DNA of 64,000 nucleotides from Chloroflexota bacterium (GTDB taxonomy: Bacteria; Chloroflexota; Dehalococcoidia; Dehalococcoidales; UBA2162): positions 6,208-70,207 of the forward strand of contig JBDRLU010000068.1 of the NCBI GenBank assembly GCA_043812795.1. Reading direction: 5' to 3'. The notes beneath the pieces were generated by a model. It did no database searches. It had not been told where the DNA came from and saw only the letters and a list, made by a program, of their open reading frames with translations. The translations under genes and the position numbers were made by a program. Positions 37,001 through 43,822 of this stretch are shown one piece after another (position 1 is the stretch's first letter; each line of letters opens with the position of its first letter).

Positions 37001-37082
37001 CACCCGCTCCCACCACCATGACCGCCCCTACTTTGCCATTGTTCGTATTGGGAGTTTGATTTTCGTTGTTACCTATGGGCAT
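33996..37082 (-). CDS. hdrA: HdrA-like flavoprotein, tandem (double TrxR-fold) form, 1028 aa
   Basis: Two Rossmann motifs are present (VVGAGVSGIQAALDLA near the N-terminus; VIGGGVAGMVSALSLA around residue 610). There are two QCVGSRD..C..CC motifs, an internal canonical HdrA N-domain (VGVFVCHCGTNIA), an inserted ferredoxin (CTGCGTCAEYCP/CQICVPVC) and a C-terminal ferredoxin (CSGCLLCTQVCP/CKGCGLCNATC). Confidence 0.85.
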   Translation of the reverse strand: MPIGNNENQTPNTNNGKVGAVMVVGAGVSGIQAALDLANSGFKVYLVEKLPSIGGKMAQLDKTFPTNDCSMCILSPKFIECSRNPNISIITGAQVDGITGEAGNFKVTLLQEPRYVDIDKCTGCGTCAEYCPVKIADNYNEDLASVKNIHAHFPQAVPAARVVDPAHCLFLLRKECQICVPVCANKAIDFHQQEKKLDVEVGSVILAPGYETFEPQVQSQYGYHRLSNVITSLEFERILSASGPYGGELLRPSDRKHPKKIAWIQCVGSRDTTAGNTYCSAVCCMYAIKQVILSKEHDSRLEAVVFHNDIRAYGKGFERYYERAQNTPGVQFVWSKVSILGETPDTKNVVVRHRLDGTGVTDEEFDLVVLSVGLTSPVSSRQLADKLFIETTPSGFCGNSIFSPVATSRSGIYACGVFRAPMDIPDSVTMASGAASLAAQLLSDERGTLIAEKEYPPERDVSREPPRVGVFVCHCGTNIASVVDIGSVVEYARSLHGVIHAEDTTFSCSVDSITHIGETIKEKRLNRVVVAACTPRTHEPVFREALKEAGLNPYLFEMANIREQCAWVHRAEAEAATTKAQDLIRIAVTKARLLRPLYPLSYNITRAALVIGGGVAGMVSALSLANQGFEVHLVEKTKQLGGMAGRIHYTAEGGDVQDYLQEIIRQARENPLIKVYTEASITQFTGYVGNFTTRLTSGPEQSEQEIAHGVTIVATGAEELKPTEYLYGHDPRVLTSLELEAEIANTSERVNKCQNLVMIQCVGSRDNERQYCSRVCCSQAVKNALKLKEINPQMEIYVLYRDMRTYGFKEDYYRAAAEQGVNFIRYDVDDKPDVQTVQQNGQSVLKVIVTDPTLGQRLMLDADLIALSSATVPPNTNKELSQLLKVPLNEDGFFLEAHMKLRPVDFVTDGIFMCGLAHSPKSIEECIVQAQAAASRAATILVKASASAEAVVCAVRPELCSGCLLCTQVCPFKAIDTQVLRDGQTVAVVNESLCKGCGLCNATCRTKAINLRGFTNQQLLSEVMSLWR

Positions 37083-37125
37083 TGTTGTTATCTTTCTTGC
37101 TGGGCTACCAATAGATTGTGCCTGA

Positions 37126-38268
37126 CTACATGGCCTCCTCGACCAGTTCCGAAATATCTTTAATTTGCAGAACGTCGGCCTTATTGGCCGTCAGCACACT
37201 ATCCTTGAAATTGACGACGCAGTACGGGCAGGCCGTCGCCAGAATATCGGCACCCCGCTCAATTGCCTGCTGTACCAGAATATCGGCGAAGCGCTCGCCC
37301 TTCTTTGTTTCCATCCAGATGCGGCCGGCCCCGCCGCCGCAGCACAGGCTTTCGGCGCGGGAAGCCGCCTCGTCCATTAACTCAAGACCAGGAATGGCAG
37401 CCAGCACCCGGCGTGGTTCGTCATAGATGCCGTTGTGCCGTCCGAGATAACACGGGTCATGGTAGATGACTTTCTTATTCAGGTCTTTAGTGAATTTTAG
37501 CTTGTCTTCATCAAGCAGTTGCGCCAGATATTGGGTAAAATGAATAACCTTGAAGTTGCCGCCGAGTTTAGGATAATCGTTCTTAAAAGTGGTATAGCAG
37601 TGCGGCGAGCTAACCATGATTTCTTTTACTCCGCTTTCAGCGAGGACGTCGATATTGCTTTTCGCTAGTTGCTCGAAGAGGCCTTCGTTGCCGGCCTTAC
37701 GCACGCTCTCGCCACAACAACTTTCCTTACTGCCCAGAATGCCGAAGTTCTCCCCTATTTTTTGCAGGATACTGGCGGTTGCTTGCGCGATGCTTCGGGC
37801 GTTGGGGTCGTAGGCGGTGGTGCAGCAGGTAAAATATAGGAGGCCGATGCCCTGAGCGAAGGGCTTGATGTCGAGGTCTTCCACCCAATCGGTGCGGTGC
37901 TCGCGGGGCTCGCCCGTCGGGTTGCCGACGCTACCCAGGCTGGCCATGACGCTGCGGAGACTGGCTGGGACCATGCGGTTTTCGACCATGATGGCCCGCG
38001 CCGCCCGCATGATATCGGTGATGCCGACGCCGCGGGGACAACGGCTCATGCAGTGATGGCACGTGGTGCAGAGCCACCAGGCTTCTTCCTCAAGGTCGAA
38101 TAAGCCGAACTGTGTCTGGCGCACCATCTTATGCGGGAGAAAAGTCCGCACGGCATTCCACGGACAGGTGGCCGTACACAGGCCACATTGGAAGCACGGC
38201 AAAAGTTTCTCACCGATGGCTTCCTTCATCATGTCGGCGGCTTCTTTAAACGGCGCTACTGTTTCCAA
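37126..38268 (-). CDS. HdrC-HdrB fusion / HdrD-like soluble CCG-domain Fe-S protein (BamD-like)
   Basis: 380 aa with a TTG start. It has CFQCGLCTATCP and CTTCHHCMSRCP, then two CCG motifs (ESCCGES, SLCCGGGAG) plus HDPCYLGRH and CPYC. Confidence 0.8.
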   Translation of the reverse strand: METVAPFKEAADMMKEAIGEKLLPCFQCGLCTATCPWNAVRTFLPHKMVRQTQFGLFDLEEEAWWLCTTCHHCMSRCPRGVGITDIMRAARAIMVENRMVPASLRSVMASLGSVGNPTGEPREHRTDWVEDLDIKPFAQGIGLLYFTCCTTAYDPNARSIAQATASILQKIGENFGILGSKESCCGESVRKAGNEGLFEQLAKSNIDVLAESGVKEIMVSSPHCYTTFKNDYPKLGGNFKVIHFTQYLAQLLDEDKLKFTKDLNKKVIYHDPCYLGRHNGIYDEPRRVLAAIPGLELMDEAASRAESLCCGGGAGRIWMETKKGERFADILVQQAIERGADILATACPYCVVNFKDSVLTANKADVLQIKDISELVEEAM

Positions 38269-38284
38269 AATGACAATCCTCTTT

Positions 38285-38306
38285 CTGATAGCTGGCAGCT
38301 AATAGC
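38285..38306. repeat. AGCTGAY heptamer array inside the operon
   Basis: ctgatagctggcagctaatagc lies in the 45-nt gap between the MoaD-like and HdrD-like genes. Confidence 0.55.
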
Positions 38307-38313
38307 TTTATCT

Positions 38314-38586
38314 TTAGCCTCCCTCGAAGATAGATATTATGTCAAGTATGTCCCCGTCTTCGACCGGCTGATAGATTTCGGTGGAGGTAGCCATGTCGCC
38401 ATTCAGGAAGATGGCGAAATCGCTGCTGAATTTGCCCTCTTTATCGAAAAAGCTTTGCCGTGCATTAGGGTATAACTTCAAGAATTCATCAAGGCACTGG
38501 CCGATGGTCTTTCCCTTTACCTCGGCGTCATTCGACAGATTGGGTAGCGGCGAGATGTAACCATGAAAACAGACCTTTACGCTCAC
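38314..38586 (-). CDS. MoaD/ThiS-like ubiquitin-fold protein ending in Gly-Gly
   Basis: 90 aa. GTG start in a GTGA overlap with the upstream stop. The C-terminus is ...VEDGDILDIISIFEGG. Confidence 0.65.
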   Translation of the reverse strand: MSVKVCFHGYISPLPNLSNDAEVKGKTIGQCLDEFLKLYPNARQSFFDKEGKFSSDFAIFLNGDMATSTEIYQPVEDGDILDIISIFEGG

Positions 38587-38972
38587 TTCTCAGCCTCGTT
38601 TTCATCCTCGACGAGTGTCAGTGTGCCACAAAAACAGACTTTGACGCACTGGGGGTCGGCGGGCTCCCCGCAAAAATCACACTTCAAGGGAATCTCCGTA
38701 TCCGGCTCCTTAAAAATACCCTTGGCCGGGCAGGAAGCCCGACAGAAAATACAGGCATCAACTTGCTGCCCGTCAACGACGACGATATGTTTGGAATTGC
38801 ACGAGGCTTCCGTGTACGGCCCGGCGATGACCGGAAGAATAAGGTTCCCCTCGCGGAAGACCCGGATGCGCGACCGTTTCGGATTGGCCTCGCCGGTGTG
38901 GTGGAGCGAGCAGACCAGCTCGCAGACACCGCAGGCTGAGCATTTGGAGGGGTCGATTAATATTTTAGGCAT
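38583..38972 (-). CDS. Poly-[4Fe-4S] electron-transfer subunit (AorA/BamC-like)
   Basis: 129 aa. It has CSACGVCELVC, CIFCRASCP and CDFCGEP..C..C motifs, and starts 13 nt after the AOR stop. Confidence 0.75.
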   Translation of the reverse strand: MPKILIDPSKCSACGVCELVCSLHHTGEANPKRSRIRVFREGNLILPVIAGPYTEASCNSKHIVVVDGQQVDACIFCRASCPAKGIFKEPDTEIPLKCDFCGEPADPQCVKVCFCGTLTLVEDENEAEK

Positions 38973-38985
38973 AGTTCACTCCCCG

Positions 38986-40803
38986 TCAGAGCAGTCCCAG
39001 TTCAGCCAATTTTTGCGCGTCGGGTACGCCATTAATATCCCACCCCCGCAGCCGGTAAAATTCGGGTAGCATCACGTGAAGCTCGTTTACCTGTCCCTTG
39101 GCCGGGCCGTCCGGCATCGGTTCTTCAAGCATCCGCGGCGGGAGGTTATCGTCGTGGCTGGTTATCCCCGCCTTCAGGTTGAACAGCCGCTCCAGGTTCC
39201 AGATTCTTTCCCCGGCCTGGATTAGAGTATCGGTATCGTAGCCGGCGCCGGTGATGGTTTCGAGCATGGGCAACATGCTATCCGGCTTACCCGGCGCCTC
39301 GGGGCGGGAGGTACGGAAGCAAAGGCCGGCAGAGTCAACCGCTGCCGTGCGGTCCTGCAGCCACTTGATGATGGCTGGTTTACCCTCGATGGCAAAGGGG
39401 TCGGCCATCTCGGAGCGGAGGGAGCTGGCGCGGCAGTGGCAGCCGCCCCGGTTCGAAGTGGCATACCCTAAACCCATCCCCTTCAACGCCCGCGGGTCGT
39501 AACCGGCAAAGCCCTGCTTCTTCGTGCCCATGAATAGCTCGGGGTGGCCGTATTTTTCGGCGGCAGCATAGCCGCCATCGGCCAGTATATCACCCAGGCC
39601 CTGCCGCAGGCCGGTCATCGTTACCAGTTTGACCATCGCTTCGGCATTACCGAATTCGAGATTGAGTCCGGCTTCTTTTTCGGACAAAAAACCACGGTCG
39701 TAAAGCTCCATGACACAGGAGACGGCCGTGCCCATCGACATGGTATCCACTCCCAGTTCGTCGCAGATATAGCTGGCCTTGGCGATGGCCGGGAGACTGG
39801 TCACGCCGCAATTGGAACCGAAGAGACAGATGGTTTCGAATTCCGGCCCCTCGCCCTCCCCCTCGAAGCCGGCCGCGCCGACTTTCGTCCACCGGCCGCA
39901 GGCTACCGGACAGGCAAAGCAGGAGACCTTCCGTTTCAAAATAGTATCCCGCAGCGCCTCCCCATTAATCTTAGCGGCCTCGGTAAAGAGGCCGCCCTGG
40001 AAATTCTTAATCGGTATCATGCCCTTGGCCGTGACGGTATTGACCGTCCGTGCCGAGCCCTGGTGGGGGTACGAGTTGGGACTTTCCAGGCTGGTCTCGG
40101 GCGATTTTCTGAATACTTCTAAAAGGTTGTTCACTGCCTCCCGGAAGGCAGTCGTATCGGCGATAGTGATGGATTTTGTGCCCCTCACGGTGATAGCCTT
40201 CAGGTTCTTAGCCCCCATCACCGCCCCCACGCCCGACCGCCCCGCTGCCCGGTGCCGGTCGTTGATGATGGCGGCAATGTTCGATAGTTTTTCCCCGGCC
40301 GGCCCGATGCAGGCGATACTCGTTTCGCGCGCCTTCCAGTAGTCGCCGATTTCGGTCCGAATCATGTCCTCGGTCTCGCCGGTGGCCTTACCCCACAGGT
40401 GGCGGGCGGGCCGGATATCCACGATATTATTGACAATGGACAAATAGACCGGCTCTTCGGCGCGGCCTTCGATGATGACGGCATCGTAGCCGGCGAACTT
40501 TAGCTGGGAGCCGAAAGCACCGCCCGAGTTGGAGCAGGCAATGACGCCGGTGAGCGGCGACTTGGTGACGACCATATAACGGCTGCCGCCGAGGGCAACA
40601 CCGGTGGTCGGGCCGGTAGCGAAGATGAGTTTATTTTTCTCACTCAAGGGGTCGACAGTGGGGTCGACTTCATCGTAGAGGATTTTGGTGCCCAGCCCCC
40701 GCCCCCCGATATACAGTCTGGCTACATTGGCGTCGAGGGATTGTTCCGTACAGACACGTGTGGTCAGATTTACCCGCAGAATCTTGCCGACCCAGCCGTA
40801 CAA
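38986..40803 (-). CDS. aor: Aldehyde:ferredoxin oxidoreductase-family tungsto/molybdopterin subunit
   Basis: 605 aa. The N-terminus is MYGWVGKILRVNLT...GGRGLGTKILYDEVDPTVDPLS...VVTKSPLTG...SNSGGAFGSQLKFAGYDAVIIEG. The cluster motif is CFACPVAC and the pterin motifs are CDELGVDT and VDSAGLC. Confidence 0.9.
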   Translation of the reverse strand: MYGWVGKILRVNLTTRVCTEQSLDANVARLYIGGRGLGTKILYDEVDPTVDPLSEKNKLIFATGPTTGVALGGSRYMVVTKSPLTGVIACSNSGGAFGSQLKFAGYDAVIIEGRAEEPVYLSIVNNIVDIRPARHLWGKATGETEDMIRTEIGDYWKARETSIACIGPAGEKLSNIAAIINDRHRAAGRSGVGAVMGAKNLKAITVRGTKSITIADTTAFREAVNNLLEVFRKSPETSLESPNSYPHQGSARTVNTVTAKGMIPIKNFQGGLFTEAAKINGEALRDTILKRKVSCFACPVACGRWTKVGAAGFEGEGEGPEFETICLFGSNCGVTSLPAIAKASYICDELGVDTMSMGTAVSCVMELYDRGFLSEKEAGLNLEFGNAEAMVKLVTMTGLRQGLGDILADGGYAAAEKYGHPELFMGTKKQGFAGYDPRALKGMGLGYATSNRGGCHCRASSLRSEMADPFAIEGKPAIIKWLQDRTAAVDSAGLCFRTSRPEAPGKPDSMLPMLETITGAGYDTDTLIQAGERIWNLERLFNLKAGITSHDDNLPPRMLEEPMPDGPAKGQVNELHVMLPEFYRLRGWDINGVPDAQKLAELGLL

Positions 40804-40878
40804 TGTCCCGCTACTCCTCAGTCCTGGTTAAAACCGTTCCCATTGTATGCGAGACACGGATAATATGTCAATAAAAAT

Positions 40879-40950
40879 AGCTGATAGCTGTCAGTACTCA
40901 GCAAATAGCAAAAAATTTCGAGAAGCTGAAAGCTGTATGCTGATAGCTAC
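40879..40950. repeat. Two AGCTGAY heptamer arrays upstream of the AOR operon
   Basis: agctgatagctgtcagtactcagc lies at 40879-40902 and gctgaaagctgtatgctgatagctac at 40925-40950. Confidence 0.55.
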
Positions 40951-41032
40951 TAGATGGAACAGGAGTACTTTGGTCTTTTCCCATCTCTTGTGCTAACCTT
41001 TTACCGGTACTGATTGAACGTGGGAGGATTAC

Positions 41033-41422
41033 ATGGATAATTCTATTCAAAGAGGCAGGCAAACAGGCCAGAAGATATGGGGCAAGGCCAAGTTCCAGAA
41101 GACGGAGAAGTACCTGGGGAATTTGGACCCATACCTGCGGGATATGGCACTGCTTTCCTGGAGCAATTTTGCCCGGCCGGTCCTCGACCTCAAAACGAGA
41201 AGCCTTTGTATGGTAGCCGCCCTGGCGATAACAGGACGAGCGGAGTTGAGGACACATACCTTCGGCGCTCTCAATAACGGTGCCACCCCGGAAGAAATAA
41301 GGGAAGTAATCAGGCAGATGCTGCCTTACGCCGGACTCGCCAATGCCATCGATGCCTTTGCCATCGCCAATAAAGCCATCGCCGAGCACCAGCCCATCAG
41401 CGATAGACCGAAGACTTCTTAG
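41033..41422 (+). CDS. Carboxymuconolactone decarboxylase (AhpD-like) family protein
   Basis: 129 aa. LDLKTRSLCMVAALAITGRAELRTHTFGALNNGATPEEIREVIRQMLPYAG is the CMD-domain pattern. Confidence 0.75.
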   Translation: MDNSIQRGRQTGQKIWGKAKFQKTEKYLGNLDPYLRDMALLSWSNFARPVLDLKTRSLCMVAALAITGRAELRTHTFGALNNGATPEEIREVIRQMLPYAGLANAIDAFAIANKAIAEHQPISDRPKTS

Positions 41423-41438
41423 TTTTGAAAAGAGGATT

Positions 41439-41513
41439 TGGAGCGGGAGACGGGGCTCGAACCCGCGACAACCTGCTTGGAAGGCAGGCACTCTACCACT
41501 GAGTTACTCCCGC
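41439..41513 (-). tRNA. tRNA-Gly (anticodon TCC), CCA encoded
   Basis: The reverse complement is GCGGGAG-TA-ACTC..GAGT-G-CCTGC-CTTCCAA-GCAGG-..GCGGG-TTCGAGC-CCCGT-CTCCCGC-T-CCA. Confidence 0.9.
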
Positions 41514-41635
41514 ACGGCTGACCCACACCAAAATTCTACGGCAAAACGGACGGAAAGGCAAGGTGTGTGTTTGACACCCACTACTGCGAGGACTACAATC
41601 CTGCCAGAAGACGTCTGATATTGAGATGGTGAAGG

Positions 41636-41719
41636 ATGTTTCTTGGTCTAGGCATTATCGTAATCATTATCATTGTAGCTGTCATCATCTATTTTTCTAC
41701 CCGCCGGAAAGACTTTTGA
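41636..41719 (+). CDS. Possible 27-aa hydrophobic peptide
   Basis: MFLGLGIIVIIIIVAVIIYFSTRRKDF, with a GGTGAAGG RBS-like sequence upstream. It is below the ORF-track cutoff. Confidence 0.25.
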   Translation: MFLGLGIIVIIIIVAVIIYFSTRRKDF

Positions 41720-41842
41720 GATTAACTGCCATATATTACTACTCTGCCACACCGTCTATTGCTGGGGATAGAATCACTCAATATTAAGAGAGGATAAAAG
41801 GGGTAAGGCAGAAAAGACCAAGATGAAGAGGGAGCTGAAAAG

Positions 41843-42271
41843 ATGAACACCCAAAATATTTATATTAACATCTTAAGTGAAAATTGGCGTCATATGAGAC
41901 ATCAAGAGACTCAGCGGATGTGGATTGCAAACGTATTTGTGGCACTCGTTGTAGGGGTATCGGCTTATTTAGGTAAAGTTGAATTAGAGGAACTTTCTTG
42001 GTTTGTTCCTCTCGCTTTTCTTATCATTTCTGTGCTTTGCCTTCTAATCACCCTAAAATTGAACCACATTTTTGGAGTAACTAAAGATGCTATTAGTGAT
42101 ATCTTCGAAGACAAGAAGATACTTTTAGAGGACAATTGGGGAAAATACGTCGGAGGTCTCAAATCAAAAGGGAAATGGGAACACCTAAAAGTAAGGTGTT
42201 TATATGTCATTCTTTATTCAATAGCTATAGTAATATCGCTAATACTCTTAGTGTTGACTTTGACTAACTAG
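41843..42271 (+). CDS. Hypothetical three-TM membrane protein
   Basis: 142 aa, AT-rich, with no recognised family. Confidence 0.5.
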   Translation: MNTQNIYINILSENWRHMRHQETQRMWIANVFVALVVGVSAYLGKVELEELSWFVPLAFLIISVLCLLITLKLNHIFGVTKDAISDIFEDKKILLEDNWGKYVGGLKSKGKWEHLKVRCLYVILYSIAIVISLILLVLTLTN

Positions 42272-42495
42272 AAGGAGTTCAAGGTGCTATAGAAGAATAC
42301 GAGTGCGTTCAAGTAGGTCATCACAAGAAGGTTGCAGAAGTTATACGGGAATACTTGATGAATGGCTGGCATCTCCATACGTATCAAGCCACAGGTCAAG
42401 GAGCAGTGGTCACGCATTACCTGCTATTTGAAAGAGGATAGCTATCAGGACTAACCCTGTAGTATCATTATCTACCGAAAGGGGGAAAGAGTAAT

Positions 42496-42828
42496 ATGGC
42501 AAAATGGCTTTTAGTGGTAGAGACCAGATGTAACGATGCGGCCCGCGAGGCCGAGTTCTGCGAGTGGTATGATAAAACGCACATTCCCGATATTTTTGAG
42601 ACTCCGGGCTTTGTCAGGGCGACACGGTACGAAAATACCGAACCGTCGGAAGGTAAGGGGAAGTTTTTCACCACATACGAAATAGAGACCGACGACATCG
42701 ACGCGCTCCTGAAGAGACATCAAGAAAATATGAGCAAGAAAAGAGCCGCAGGACGGTTCAGCGAGTTACTGGTAGTGGTGTCACGCGGCTTCTATAAACA
42801 GCTAAGTTCCGTAACCAATAAGAAGTAA
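42496..42828 (+). CDS. Hypothetical 110-aa protein, possibly dimeric alpha/beta-barrel (EthD/DUF4286-like)
   Basis: The pattern resembles WLLVVETRCNDAAREAEFCEWYDKTHIPDIFETPGFVRATRY. This is a weak family call. Confidence 0.45.
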   Translation: MAKWLLVVETRCNDAAREAEFCEWYDKTHIPDIFETPGFVRATRYENTEPSEGKGKFFTTYEIETDDIDALLKRHQENMSKKRAAGRFSELLVVVSRGFYKQLSSVTNKK

Positions 42829-42860
42829 CTAGTGCCTCCGGATAAGCACGTCTGATAATC

Positions 42861-43247
42861 TTACTTTAAAAGACCTTGGCTAGCTTGGTCAATCTTAGCT
42901 GCCTCTTGGACAAGGCTATTTACAAGCTGGGTTCTGGTTGAATCAATGGTTTTTGCGTTATAAGTATCAAGCATCTTCCTTAGTTGGCCGCATGCTTGAA
43001 GTACAAGAGTGAAGTATTTATCTAGTAGCTTTTGGTATTCGTTGAAATTAGTTCTGTCTTTATCTGTCGGCCTTGCTATGAAACCATTAACATTCTCTAG
43101 CTGCTTCTTTATATCACTAATCTCCTTCTCCGCATCCCTTAGCCTGTTCTGCTGAGCCTTTACCTCGGCATCGTCAGTATCTGAACTTGGTATTAGTATT
43201 TTTTCAATGGGGTCTTTTATCCATTTGTGTATGTCAATGTCTTTCAA
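42861..43247 (-). CDS. Hypothetical coiled-coil protein (128 aa)
   Basis: TTG start. It is heptad-rich and AT-rich. Confidence 0.4.
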   Translation of the reverse strand: MKDIDIHKWIKDPIEKILIPSSDTDDAEVKAQQNRLRDAEKEISDIKKQLENVNGFIARPTDKDRTNFNEYQKLLDKYFTLVLQACGQLRKMLDTYNAKTIDSTRTQLVNSLVQEAAKIDQASQGLLK

Positions 43248-43305
43248 TACTTCAACATAGGACGTGATTGGGAGTTTAGCTTGTCTATGAGGAATAATAT
43301 TTCCC

Positions 43306-43662
43306 CTACTTTTTATTCGTAATAAACGAGAAGGTGATACTACTCCATCTATACTCTATACTGTATGTTATTTTACCCAAGTCACTATAATGGCTGCGAT
43401 GCTCATAGGTAAAAGACTCTCCGCTTGCCAGATTCACGTGTTTTTCTACATGCAACTCCGGAGATGCTCCAACTCTCAAATTTACTTCTTCAAAAAATAC
43501 TTCAGGTAAACGGTCAGATTTTTCAGCCTTATTTGTAACGGTGAATTTGGTAACTAACGGTAAGCCAGGAGAAGATTGATTGTCTTCATAAGTGTCAACA
43601 TCAACAACCAGACTGTTGTTAATATCTTCCCAAATACCGGCCAATCCACCTTTTTCCGACAT
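43306..43662 (-). CDS. Hypothetical 118-aa protein
   Basis: A GGAGG-like RBS (GGGAGGTTGGGAG) lies upstream. The sequence is beta-rich and AT-rich. Confidence 0.45.
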   Translation of the reverse strand: MSEKGGLAGIWEDINNSLVVDVDTYEDNQSSPGLPLVTKFTVTNKAEKSDRLPEVFFEEVNLRVGASPELHVEKHVNLASGESFTYEHRSHYSDLGKITYSIEYRWSSITFSFITNKK

Positions 43663-43703
43663 CTCCCAACCTCCCTGCGATTAAATTATACGCGATTTGA
43701 ATA

Positions 43704-43777
43704 TCGGGGTGAGAGGATTTGAACCTCCGACCTCAGCGTCCCAAACGCTGCGCGCTAGCCAGCTGCGCTACACCCCG
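43704..43777 (-). tRNA. tRNA-Pro (anticodon TGG)
   Basis: The reverse complement is CGGGGTG-TA-GCGC..GCGC-G-CAGCG-TTTGGGA-CGCTG-AGGTC-GGAGG-TTCAAAT-CCTCT-CACCCCG-A. No CCA is encoded. Confidence 0.9.
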
Positions 43778-43822
43778 CCACCCAAATATTATCAGAAACG
43801 AGGGGCTAAATCTAGTTATTGA

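Noticed and set aside
33583-38268. Selenocysteine (in-frame TGA) recoding in HdrA/MvhD/HdrD-like genes, as occurs in BamE/BamF and some Hdr/Mvh proteins.
   Set aside because: All three ORFs are continuous with Cys at the expected motif positions. No split ORFs or TGA-interrupted motifs were seen.
38986-40803. Calling the W-subunit BamB (class II benzoyl-CoA reductase) outright.
   Set aside because: The N-terminal region and motif spacing look like classical AOR rather than the divergent BamB. No dienoyl-CoA hydratase, hydrolase or bamA-like genes are in the window. I kept it as an open question in the findings.
40898-41491. 197-aa minus-strand ORF in the track.
   Set aside because: It runs antisense through the CMD-family gene and through tRNA-Gly, so it is a shadow ORF.
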